A stretch of 32,000 nucleotides of DNA, taken from the sequence record OQ079156.1. The stretch is one strand, 5' to 3'. Shown one piece after another: positions 5,242-13,985 of this stretch (positions are counted from its first letter, which is position 1; each line of letters begins with the position of its first letter). This stretch comes from Vibrio phage Rocket24. The notes beneath the pieces are model-generated. The model saw only the letters and a list, made by a program, of their open reading frames with translations, had not been told where the DNA came from and made no database searches. The position numbers and the translations under genes were made by a program.

Positions 5242-6909
5242 ATGCAAAAAGTAATTGAATCAAACCGTGAAACTATCCTAGCAGCAGCAAAAGACAATAA
5301 CTTTTGGGGTAAACGTCTACGTGAGCGCAAACTCGGTTTGTGTGACGCGATTGTAAAATCGTGCGGTTTGTCTCAGTCACAACTAGAAAGCGGTTTTTTA
5401 TGCGATTGGTTGGAAGCTAACAAGCCACAACCAAAAGCACAGCCAAAAGTGAAAGCAGCCAACAAACCGGACGCTAACACAATGACAGGTGAAACACAGC
5501 AAAAACTTGCTTTGATGCCAACTGTTGAAGGTCAAAAATTCATCGTTACTACGGCTCAAAACAATACAACCGTTTCGCCAGTGTTTGAGCAACTTAAAAC
5601 ACTAGCAAACGAAATTGATGCAACTCTAGTTGTGTTGCCAGTGTTTTATAACAAAAACGCTTTTAGTTCAGCCGTTGAAAGCGAAGATGAATATTTTGCA
5701 GCAGAAGTCAAACCTTACCTAATTGAGAATGATTCTTGGTTGGGCGAAGAAATGGCGGTTCGTGTTATGCCTAGCGCAGCCGTTAACCCTACTGCAAAAT
5801 ACCCAATCAACAAAGGTCGTGATTTGATGGCTGGTGAACTTGTTAACATTATTCCGGCAACTAAGCAACAAATGTTAACAAAACCTCGTATGCCTAGCCA
5901 ACCTATCAGCGAAGCGTGGGCTACTGGTAGCTGTACTGTATACAACTACACTCGAAGCGGGGCAGGTAGTGAAGCTGAAAAGAATCATGTTTTCGGTGGT
6001 CTATTTGTTACCGTTGATAATGGTCGCGTAGATGTTACCAACCTACGCCAAGGCGACGACGGCTCATTGATGCTGTTAGATTCTGGTGAATTTGGTTTCG
6101 ATGTTTACTCATACGGAACTGATAAAGCTTACCGTCCGGCGGTTGTTCTAGGTGATTTGCATTGTGAAATGCAAGACAAGGTAGCGTATGAAAAAACTCT
6201 TAACTGGTTACATACTCTTAAACCTAGTCTAGTAGCGGTTCACGATATTCTACACTTTGAAACTCGTAGCCACCACAACCGCAAATCAGGTAAACACTTG
6301 TACAAAATGCAAGTGCTAGGTCAAACAGTATATAACGACCTAATCAAAGTAATCGAGCAACTAAACCAAATCGCAGAAACAACGGATACTGTTTACATCG
6401 TTGAATCTAACCATAACAGCGCTCTAGATAACTGGTTGGATGATTCGGCTTACAATCCGAAAAATGACCCAATCAACGCAAAACTTTACTACTTGCTGAA
6501 CTACGCAATGTGTGAAGCTCTAGAACAAGGTCACGACAAAACAGCCCTTGAATTAGCGTTCACTGATATGCTAGAAAAAGCTAACTTGCCAAAACTAGCG
6601 GATAATATCGAATTTGGTTCGATGGGTGTTTCTAAAGTTGTGAACAGTTACGACTTATCACAACACGGCCATAAAGGGCAGAATGGCAGCCACGGTAACA
6701 CAACACTTTTCAGTAAGTGGAATGTTAAAATGGTTACTGGTCACACTCACAGCCCTATGATTGTTGGTGATGTTTACACGGTGGGCGTAATGGCTAAACT
6801 AAACCAAGGCTATAACGTCGGTGGGGCTTCATCTTGGAATCACGCTAATATCGTGCTACATCCTAACAACACTTGTCAGCTAGTACGTGTATTTGACCTA
6901 GTTAAATAG
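5242..6909 (+). CDS. Calcineurin-like metallophosphoesterase/putative nuclease, T5 A1-like (555 aa)
   Basis: Motifs GDLH, HDILHFETRSHH, ESNHN, HGHKG and GHTH are in metallophosphoesterase order. Preceded by an N-terminal domain and a Pro/Lys linker. Confidence 0.8.
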   Translation: MQKVIESNRETILAAAKDNNFWGKRLRERKLGLCDAIVKSCGLSQSQLESGFLCDWLEANKPQPKAQPKVKAANKPDANTMTGETQQKLALMPTVEGQKFIVTTAQNNTTVSPVFEQLKTLANEIDATLVVLPVFYNKNAFSSAVESEDEYFAAEVKPYLIENDSWLGEEMAVRVMPSAAVNPTAKYPINKGRDLMAGELVNIIPATKQQMLTKPRMPSQPISEAWATGSCTVYNYTRSGAGSEAEKNHVFGGLFVTVDNGRVDVTNLRQGDDGSLMLLDSGEFGFDVYSYGTDKAYRPAVVLGDLHCEMQDKVAYEKTLNWLHTLKPSLVAVHDILHFETRSHHNRKSGKHLYKMQVLGQTVYNDLIKVIEQLNQIAETTDTVYIVESNHNSALDNWLDDSAYNPKNDPINAKLYYLLNYAMCEALEQGHDKTALELAFTDMLEKANLPKLADNIEFGSMGVSKVVNSYDLSQHGHKGQNGSHGNTTLFSKWNVKMVTGHTHSPMIVGDVYTVGVMAKLNQGYNVGGASSWNHANIVLHPNNTCQLVRVFDLVK

Positions 6910-6918
6910 TGTTTTATT

Positions 6919-6944
6919 AATAGGCTATCAATTGATAGCCTATT
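6919..6944. other. 26-bp perfect palindrome AATAGGCTATCAATTGATAGCCTATT
   Basis: Self-complementary over its full length, just after the phosphoesterase stop. Confidence 0.85.
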
Positions 6945-6970
6945 GCTGAACCCACTAAGAGAGAAAAGCC

Positions 6971-7192
6971 ATGAAAAGCCCACAAATTAAACTTGCAAAT
7001 GTACTAGCTAGCTACTACGGCATGAAAACACAGAACCCTGCCAAAGCTAAAAAACATCTAGTACAGTTTATGAAAAAGCATGAACTAACTATGCTAGACG
7101 TACAGAATGCAATGCCTTTTGCCCGTGTCATTATTCAAAAACGTACTGATGCATTTATGAACGGCAGCACTACAGCACGATTGAACGATTAA
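6971..7192 (+). CDS. Hypothetical basic protein (73 aa)
   Basis: AGAGAGAA RBS before the ATG; in line with the operon. Confidence 0.7.
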   Translation: MKSPQIKLANVLASYYGMKTQNPAKAKKHLVQFMKKHELTMLDVQNAMPFARVIIQKRTDAFMNGSTTARLND

Positions 7193-7214
7193 CTTTCACT
7201 AGCACATAAACCAC

Positions 7215-7243
7215 GTGGCGGGCGCAAATGTGATGCCCGTCAC
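7215..7243 (+). other. Intergenic hairpin GTGGCGGGC...GCCCGTCAC
   Basis: 9-bp stem with one G-U pair, followed by ACTTTTA. Confidence 0.55.
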
Positions 7244-7277
7244 ACTTTTACTTAACCGCATAAGCGAGGATTTACCC

Positions 7278-7916
7278 ATGAATAAAGCATTCGTATTTGA
7301 CCTAGACGGAACAACAATTGATAGCTCAGAACGTGTTGAGCCGTGCCTAGATTCACAAGGTAACTTGAATCTAGATAAATATATTAAGGAAGCTTGCACG
7401 CCTGAAAAGGTAGCCAATGACAAACTGTTGCCCCTTGCCGGATACATGCAACAACTAATCAAACAGGGTGAACTTGTTATCATCCTAACAGCTCGTTACA
7501 TGCTTAATCACGATTATGTTTACCTACGCCGTAACCAATTGAGAACGCCTATCATTTGCAGCCGTGACCAATTGAGCCGTGTATTTGGTGAAGGTAATGC
7601 AGCCCGTATCAGTGCAATGTCAGATGCACCATACAAGCAACAATGGTTTGAGCATCTATTTGCTAGTATGCCACATGTTACAGAATGGTGTTTCTTTGAC
7701 GACCACGACGGTATATTAGAAATGGCTAATTCATTAAAAGGTGTAACAGCTACCGACGCTAAATTGATGAATCAACTGTTAGAAATGCAATGGGCTGACA
7801 TTTACCGCCAAGGCGAACAAGACACCGCCGAGTTGATTCAAGACCTAATCGTTGAATGTTCACATCAAGACGTGATTTGCAAACCAGAATGGATTGACCA
7901 GCTTTTAGCTGAATAA
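7278..7916 (+). CDS. HAD-superfamily phosphatase, possible deoxynucleotidase (212 aa; start trimmed)
   Basis: MNKAFVFDLDGTTID (DxDGT), LTAR and FFDDHDG motifs; GAGG RBS. Confidence 0.8.
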   Translation: MNKAFVFDLDGTTIDSSERVEPCLDSQGNLNLDKYIKEACTPEKVANDKLLPLAGYMQQLIKQGELVIILTARYMLNHDYVYLRRNQLRTPIICSRDQLSRVFGEGNAARISAMSDAPYKQQWFEHLFASMPHVTEWCFFDDHDGILEMANSLKGVTATDAKLMNQLLEMQWADIYRQGEQDTAELIQDLIVECSHQDVICKPEWIDQLLAE

Positions 7917-7944
7917 TTAAAGAAAAGCTGTACAAATGAGAATG

Positions 7945-7974
7945 ATTACCGCCCTCAATAAGGGGGGCGGTAAT
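7945..7974. terminator. Strong hairpin between convergent transcription units
   Basis: ATTACCGCCC/GGGCGGTAAT, followed by a second GC-rich inverted region near 8000-8032. Confidence 0.6.
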
Positions 7975-8116
7975 GAGACTTGTTCTCATCTACGGTGGGG
8001 GCTACACCCCCTCCCACGTAACCATTTTGAATTTTTCAAGATTAAGTAAAGGTGCTATTATAAAATAAAATTTTTTGATTTTTCAAGATAAAATAAAGAC
8101 ACTGCTAAAACAGTGC

Positions 8117-10063
8117 CTATGCCGTACCCAATATATAGAAACCTAACCGTACCTCAGGTGTCTTGTACGTTACGTCCCTCTCGCCAAGTTTATTATAATA
8201 TGTTGTCTTGCCAGAATACTCAGCACACTGTAGGGCAGCATTAGTAAGTTTATACCACCCTACCAATTCTAGCTCATTGCGCACCCAATTTACCCGTATC
8301 TTATATTGTATTCTTACAGCCTGCATCTTATTACCAGTACTAGAGAAATACCACCAAGACCTATCCGAGCTTGTTTTTGATACATCTCGCATTGTGCTGA
8401 ATCCTATATCAGATACAACCGCTTCCTTATCAGGATGATCCTTACTAAATATCATGTATTGTAAGTTTGACCAGCCGGAATATCCATCAATACCTACATT
8501 CATTTTAGACGTTTTACCAGCAATCGTGCTACTCGCCTCCCCCTTCAAGTATGGTGAGCTAACATGCACTGATAAATAGCTCTTATTAGTACTGCCTGGT
8601 GGTAGCTTTATTCTTTGTTTCACCACTGTTTTATAGTAATTCCCACATTGGTCAGGGTTCAGAACACGTCTCCAATCTGATGGCCCGAAGTCTATTACCT
8701 CTTTCTTGAATGAAGTACCTTGTTTTAATTGTGCGAAGGTATTGGTTTCAGCTGGAAATACCGCCGTAATAGCCGAATCACCGCCAAGTACAAAAGGTGT
8801 ATACTTTCTAGCCTTTGATGCTATTAAATATTCACCTTTACTTCCTTTATATTTAATCTCATCCGCCGAGAAGTCTAGTGATACGCCAGTCCCAAGAAGC
8901 GCTGACGGGGAGTGCACTAGTAGTATTGTATCAATGTTATACCAGCCTGTACCCTCATTAACACTCCAGTTACCATTGCTACTCTTAAAAAATCTACAAT
9001 AAGGGAACGGGTAGTCTGCTAGTTGTGCCAACGTCAAACCCTTTACTAGCCTGTCAAAAAACGGATACTTGACTTTATATTTATGACTAGAAATTGTACT
9101 ATCTAGTAAATCTTCATTTGGAGCAGGATCCGTTATGAACATTCCGTTTTTCATAGCTAAATCCCCTACTACCATATCTTCACGAGATATGCGTATACCA
9201 TCACTTACATCAGGCTTCACATGTTCTAGTTTGTTGCTAGAATTATATTTTACATTAAATATATAAATAATTAATTTGAAGTTACTATCTGATGGGTTAG
9301 TAGATGAGTAAGTTAGAGTAGTTGGAGCTGATGCTGTAGGTCTAATAATACGCATCCTAGATGATGTAGTACCATTAGCGAACAGTGCTCTATTTATTTT
9401 GTTTTCCTTAGTGAAACTAGCTGATGTAGCTCTACTAGCTGATGCAGACACATTTGGAGACTGAATTACTCTTTTATAGTTCTTAGTTTTCGGTGCTAAA
9501 CCAGATATGCTCCAGTTATTTCTATAGTAACTTTTACTAGTAGGGTAGTCTGTTATAAATGAATCACTTTGGATACGCACTGCTTGATCCACCGTTTCGT
9601 CAGCATTAGCCATATCATGCATATCTATAGGTGCCCAACCACTGGAAATACCACCGTAAGGGTGTCCTCCTCCCATAGAACCTTGAAAATTACCTATAAA
9701 TATATCTGCCGAAGTAGGAGACCAGTCACTAGAATATACACCTATAGGTCTATGCTCTACGTAGTTAGGGTGGTATGATACGTTTGAGCCACACATTAGG
9801 TATCCTTGGTTCATGTAGTTCCATACCTCTTGTGGTATAACCGGTTCATAGTAGTGGTAATATCTAGTACCCGATTGTCTAGCTTCTACGTGCTTAAATT
9901 GAGTTACCTCTATAACCTTTGATATTGCTAAGTATGGTATATCTGAGTGAAATAGCGTTGAGGCTATAGGTGCCCCATGTAATTGAGAAATAGACTCACT
10001 GCCACTAGTTACATGTAATAGTGGTCTATTATCTGAGGGCTTTCTGCCCATAAAAAGTGCCAT
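8117..10063 (-). CDS. oad: Receptor-binding protein, T5 pb5-like (648 aa)
   Basis: N-terminus M.LFMGRK...LLHVTSG...STLFHSDI...YYHYYEP resembles recalled T5 pb5 (MSFFAGK...LSLRRGSGG...TIFHSDM...DYYWSEMP). The size (~640 aa in T5) and location beside terminase also fit. AGGAGG RBS. Confidence 0.75.
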   Translation of the reverse strand: MALFMGRKPSDNRPLLHVTSGSESISQLHGAPIASTLFHSDIPYLAISKVIEVTQFKHVEARQSGTRYYHYYEPVIPQEVWNYMNQGYLMCGSNVSYHPNYVEHRPIGVYSSDWSPTSADIFIGNFQGSMGGGHPYGGISSGWAPIDMHDMANADETVDQAVRIQSDSFITDYPTSKSYYRNNWSISGLAPKTKNYKRVIQSPNVSASASRATSASFTKENKINRALFANGTTSSRMRIIRPTASAPTTLTYSSTNPSDSNFKLIIYIFNVKYNSSNKLEHVKPDVSDGIRISREDMVVGDLAMKNGMFITDPAPNEDLLDSTISSHKYKVKYPFFDRLVKGLTLAQLADYPFPYCRFFKSSNGNWSVNEGTGWYNIDTILLVHSPSALLGTGVSLDFSADEIKYKGSKGEYLIASKARKYTPFVLGGDSAITAVFPAETNTFAQLKQGTSFKKEVIDFGPSDWRRVLNPDQCGNYYKTVVKQRIKLPPGSTNKSYLSVHVSSPYLKGEASSTIAGKTSKMNVGIDGYSGWSNLQYMIFSKDHPDKEAVVSDIGFSTMRDVSKTSSDRSWWYFSSTGNKMQAVRIQYKIRVNWVRNELELVGWYKLTNAALQCAEYSGKTTYYNKLGERDVTYKTPEVRLGFYILGTA

Positions 10064-10083
10064 AAATAATCCTCCTGTTTTGT

Positions 10084-10112
10084 ATATTATATCTATAATT
10101 CAATGCTATGTC
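10084..10112 (-). promoter_or_regulatory. Perfect-consensus sigma70 promoter driving the pb5-like gene
   Basis: Minus strand TTGACA-N17-TATAAT (plus-strand TGTCAA 10107-10112, ATTATA 10084-10089). Confidence 0.85.
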
Positions 10113-10132
10113 AAATTCGATTTTTAAATTTT

Positions 10133-10161
10133 TGTTGACATTCAGGTTTGAAGATGTTATA
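10133..10161 (+). promoter_or_regulatory. Sigma70-type promoter of the late/terminase cluster
   Basis: TTGACA 10133-10138, 17-nt spacer, TATATT 10156-10161. Confidence 0.8.
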
Positions 10162-10180
10162 TTAGTTGGAAAGGAGAGGA

Positions 10181-10653
10181 GTATGACAGATAAACTACTA
10201 CCAGATATTATACAACCGGAAGGACTACAGGTCGCAGAGACGTACCTGATGCTAGGTGGGGACTCTAAGAGAACTGCTACTGAGCTAAATCTTCCTGTGG
10301 CTGAAGTGGAAGCCCAACTAAAGAAAAATGAAGTACGTACTTATATTAATAGACAATTTCATGAGCAAGGATTCAGAAATAAATTTAGAATCTTCGGTGT
10401 TATGGATCAACTATTAAATATGAAGCTTGAAGAAATCCAAGATACTCAAGTAGGTACTAGCGTAGATATTGTAGATCTAATCAAAGTAATGCATAAGATG
10501 AAGATGGATGAAATGAAGATGGAAGTGGAGATGCTTAAAGCACAGGGAGCTACTGCTGGTCCTACAAATCAAACTAACATCCAAAACAATATTAACATGC
10601 CTGGCGGTGACGATGAGAACTATATGGCTCTCATAAATAAACTGGTGGGATAA
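10181..10653 (+). CDS. terS: Terminase small subunit (157 aa; start trimmed to MTDKLLPD...)
   Basis: GGAGAGGAGT RBS; HTH-like 'GGDSKRTATELNLPVAEVEAQL'; immediately upstream of TerL (TAATG). The track start lies upstream of the promoter. Confidence 0.75.
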
Positions 10654-11972
10654 TGTTTTGTTCTAGAGATTATATAAATTGTGACAAGCTTGAGGAGTTT
10701 CCACTAGATAAGCGATTCTTTGCTTTTGATGTGGAGAAGTTCATCGGGCAAATGAAAGCGGATAACGGACAGCCGATTATCCCTAATAGACCTCAAATAG
10801 CTATTATTAATGCTGTAAACGATCCTAGACATCGTTTCGTAGTTGCATGTGTTAGTCGACGTGTAGGTAAATCCTTCATCTCGTTCGCACTAGCATTCTT
10901 GAAGGCACTAGAGCCTAATAATAAGATTCTAGTGGTGGCACCTAACTACTCACTAGCAGAAATCGGTTGGGGTGAGATTAAGAAATACATCAAACAGTTT
11001 GGCTTGAAGACTGTTAAAGAGAACGCTAAAGATAAAGAAATTCTTTTATCTAATAATACACTAATCAAACTAGCATCTGCTGAGAGAGCAGATAGTGCCG
11101 TAGGTCGTTCATACGATCTTATAATCTTCGATGAGGCTGCACTATCAGATAAGGGTGGGGATGCATTCCAGGTTGCGTTACGTCCTACACTGGATAAACC
11201 TAACTCTAAAGCTATCTTTATTAGTACACCTCGTGGTTCTAACTACTTTAAAACATACTTTGAACAAGGCAAGTCCCAAGACCCTAACCTTGCTAACTGG
11301 GTATCAATTCACGGTACATGGCGTGATAACCCTCGTGCTAGTCCAGAGGATATTGAACAAGCTCGTATTACTAACTCGGATGCTTACTTCCGTCAAGAAT
11401 ACGAAGCTGACTTCTCGGTATTCGAAGGCCGTATCTACGAAGCATTTGCTATCGATAGACACGTTAGAGACCTTAGCGAAATGGACTTCGATGACGATGT
11501 TAGATACGAAACAATTATGGGTATTGACCACGGTTACAGAGACCCAACTGCTAGCGTAGTTCTTAAGTATGACTTAGAAGAAGACATATTCTATATTACT
11601 GACGAGTATGAAAAACAATCTAAGACTACTCGTGTACATGCAGAGAAATTCCAGCAACAAATCGACGACTTTGATGTAGATATGATTTTCTGTGATTCTG
11701 CGGCAGCTCAGTTCCGTGCTGACCTAGCTTATGAATACGACATTGCAAGCATGCCTTGTAAGAAATCTACTAATGACGCTATTAACTATATAGCGGCACT
11801 TATAGAACAGGATAAAATCATACTAGATATTAATTGTCCTCTAACTCGTGAGATGTTTATTAACTACAGGTGGGATCCGAAAGAGGGGCTATTGAAAGAA
11901 CGCCCACTTCACAACCAGTATTCTCACTTAGCGGATGCTGTGAGATATGCGATCTACTCATACTGCAGATAA
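10653..11972 (+). CDS. terL: Terminase large subunit
   Basis: Walker A-like SRRVGKS, Walker B YDLIIFDEA, nuclease motif MGIDHGYRDPT and FCDSA. Confidence 0.95.
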   Translation: MFCSRDYINCDKLEEFPLDKRFFAFDVEKFIGQMKADNGQPIIPNRPQIAIINAVNDPRHRFVVACVSRRVGKSFISFALAFLKALEPNNKILVVAPNYSLAEIGWGEIKKYIKQFGLKTVKENAKDKEILLSNNTLIKLASAERADSAVGRSYDLIIFDEAALSDKGGDAFQVALRPTLDKPNSKAIFISTPRGSNYFKTYFEQGKSQDPNLANWVSIHGTWRDNPRASPEDIEQARITNSDAYFRQEYEADFSVFEGRIYEAFAIDRHVRDLSEMDFDDDVRYETIMGIDHGYRDPTASVVLKYDLEEDIFYITDEYEKQSKTTRVHAEKFQQQIDDFDVDMIFCDSAAAQFRADLAYEYDIASMPCKKSTNDAINYIAALIEQDKIILDINCPLTREMFINYRWDPKEGLLKERPLHNQYSHLADAVRYAIYSYCR

Positions 11973-11997
11973 TCCGAGTAGAAATTATAAAACTCAC

Positions 11998-12028
11998 TTT
12001 ACATTTACGCACTAGTACTATATACTAG
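11998..12028 (+). promoter_or_regulatory. Promoter with overlapping palindrome before the HNH gene
   Basis: TTTACA-N17-TATACT (11998-12026); inverted repeat CTAGTA-CTATA-TACTAG at 12012-12028 covers the -10. Confidence 0.6.
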
Positions 12029-12053
12029 ATTCATAAGTTAAGGAGAAGAAGTT

Positions 12054-12527
12054 ATGGCAACTAATACCAACAAACGAGTAGCAACAAAACATATTCGCGA
12101 TGGTATTAAGTCTAACTATTCCAAGAAAGACTATTGTGAGATTTGTGGTACGGAGCACGATTTAGAGCTTCACCACTACCATACGGTATCTCTACTTCTT
12201 AAACAGTATGCCAAAGAGAATGGTACTCCCATCTCAACTGACGAGCAGGTTCTCGCTATGCGGGACGACTTCTATAAAGTACATTGGCATGAATTAGTTG
12301 ATGATACCGTAACCCTTTGTAATAGTCACCACGTAAAACTACACCAGATATATTCTCAAGAGCCTGACCTATCTACCGCTAGTAAGCAGAGGAGATGGGT
12401 CAAGATACAGCGAGATAGGCAAGGTGACTCTAGTGGAGAGACGATAATCAGTACGGGCGATAGCGCAGCTAATGCGTTGTGTAACTACATGGTTGCCACT
12501 ATTTCACTAGACAAATTTAAGGTATAA
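12054..12527 (+). CDS. HNH endonuclease (157 aa)
   Basis: CEICG...LELHHYHT...LCNSHHVKLH pattern; GGAGAAG RBS. Confidence 0.85.
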   Translation: MATNTNKRVATKHIRDGIKSNYSKKDYCEICGTEHDLELHHYHTVSLLLKQYAKENGTPISTDEQVLAMRDDFYKVHWHELVDDTVTLCNSHHVKLHQIYSQEPDLSTASKQRRWVKIQRDRQGDSSGETIISTGDSAANALCNYMVATISLDKFKV

Positions 12528-12529
12528 AC

Positions 12530-13756
12530 ATGGGATTTAGAGACTGGTTAGTAACCAAATTAAACCCAGCCCAAGAACTTATAGCTAGAGAAGACCCTAG
12601 TTCTACTACTAGTAATAAGAAGCCTTTGACTACAACTCGTGCTTTTGAAGACGTAGAGGTTGTAAACCGTTGTGTTAACCTTTTAGTTGATAACGCTTGT
12701 CAAGTTAGATACGACATTAAAGATCAATATTCTTTTACTCCCCTTGGTTCTGGAAAGGCCAAAGGCGGTATTCGTCAAGATAAAGTAAAAGAGTTACTTA
12801 ATGTTAGACCTAACCCATTTATGGACGCTAGTACTTTCTGGCGTTTAGTAATCATGGACTTTATCATGGAAGGTTGGGCATTTGTTCATTGGGATGGTTA
12901 CTCATTATATCATCTACCTGCTGCTAATATGGAAGTATATGCTGATAAGAAACAGTATATTAACAGATATATTTATGGCGCTCAGGTAGAATTTCAACCA
13001 AATGAGATTATCTTTATTAAGGATAACGCTTATAACAGAGGTAACTCAACTCAGATTGAGGGATTCTCTAGAATCTTATCTAGCTTGGAAGGGCTGGTGA
13101 GAAGAGACAAACTGCTACAATTCAAAGAGAAATTCTTTGATAACGGTGCTGTATTTAGTTTAATACTTGAAACAGAAGCGGTACTAAACAAGAAACTTAA
13201 AAAACGTTTCGAAGAAGAAATATCTTTAGATTATAACCCACGCACAGGTCGTTCTAGTGTTAAGGTTCTAGATGCCGGCATGAAAGCCAAAACTCTAACA
13301 CCTACTAGTTCTAAGGATTTGGATGTTAAAGCAGATGTTGACGATTTTGAACGTAAAGCATGTATTGCTTTAGGTATTCCACCATTATTACTAGACTCTG
13401 GTAATAATGCTAACATTCGTCCTAATGTAGAGCTACTGTTCTATATGACCATTCTGCCTATGATGCGTAAATTTGAATCAGTATTTGAGACATTCTTTGG
13501 TTATGATATTAAATTAACTACAGATGATATTACAGCGTTAGCACCAGATGCTAAAGCTGAGGCCGAAGCAGTAACCTCTAAGGTAAATAATGGTCTTATC
13601 ACTCCCAACGAAGGACGTATCGAGTTACGCTACGAACCTCTAGAGGGTCAGGATATGGATAAGATTCGTATACCACAGAATATTGCAGGTTCTGGTACTG
13701 GAGTATCGGGACAGGAGGGTGGTAAACCTTCAAACTCGGACTCAGATGACAAGTAA
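12530..13756 (+). CDS. HK97-family portal protein (408 aa)
   Basis: Portal-like sequence (LLNVRPNPFMDASTFW, LGIPPLLLD, NVELLFYMTILPMMRKFE) and position. Confidence 0.93.
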   Translation: MGFRDWLVTKLNPAQELIAREDPSSTTSNKKPLTTTRAFEDVEVVNRCVNLLVDNACQVRYDIKDQYSFTPLGSGKAKGGIRQDKVKELLNVRPNPFMDASTFWRLVIMDFIMEGWAFVHWDGYSLYHLPAANMEVYADKKQYINRYIYGAQVEFQPNEIIFIKDNAYNRGNSTQIEGFSRILSSLEGLVRRDKLLQFKEKFFDNGAVFSLILETEAVLNKKLKKRFEEEISLDYNPRTGRSSVKVLDAGMKAKTLTPTSSKDLDVKADVDDFERKACIALGIPPLLLDSGNNANIRPNVELLFYMTILPMMRKFESVFETFFGYDIKLTTDDITALAPDAKAEAEAVTSKVNNGLITPNEGRIELRYEPLEGQDMDKIRIPQNIAGSGTGVSGQEGGKPSNSDSDDK

Positions 13757-13985
13757 ACAAGTAAACTTTAATACAGTCTACAACGATTACGGTGATACTC
13801 TCCCAGATAAGAGCACTTTCTTTAATGACCCTAAAAATGAGGTTACTAGAGTGATGCTTCGCTACCACTATAAAGTAGATAGTGACTGTAGAGCCTTTAA
13901 ACGTTTTACAGATGAGTATGCCGAATTCGTAGCTGCATTAAAAGCATCTAAGAAACCTTCGGAGAATACTAATGAAGCTAAATAA
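13746..13985 (+). CDS. Small head-region protein (79 aa)
   Basis: Starts inside the portal end (ATGACAAGTAAACAA) and ends overlapping the protease start; the long 13683 start is unlikely. Confidence 0.7.
   Translation: MTSKQVNFNTVYNDYGDTLPDKSTFFNDPKNEVTRVMLRYHYKVDSDCRAFKRFTDEYAEFVAALKASKKPSENTNEAK

Noticed and set aside
5398-9778. Short antisense ORFs inside the phosphoesterase, HAD and pb5-like genes (5398-5592, 5715-5945, 7199-7483, 7759-7989, 8208-8438, 8706-9002, 9569-9778)
   Set aside because: Shadow ORFs of long coding regions, with no independent signals.
11131-11559. 142-aa ORF inside terL (and 11304-11531 antisense)
   Set aside because: Alternative-frame shadow of a motif-verified terminase; repetitive Leu/Thr composition.
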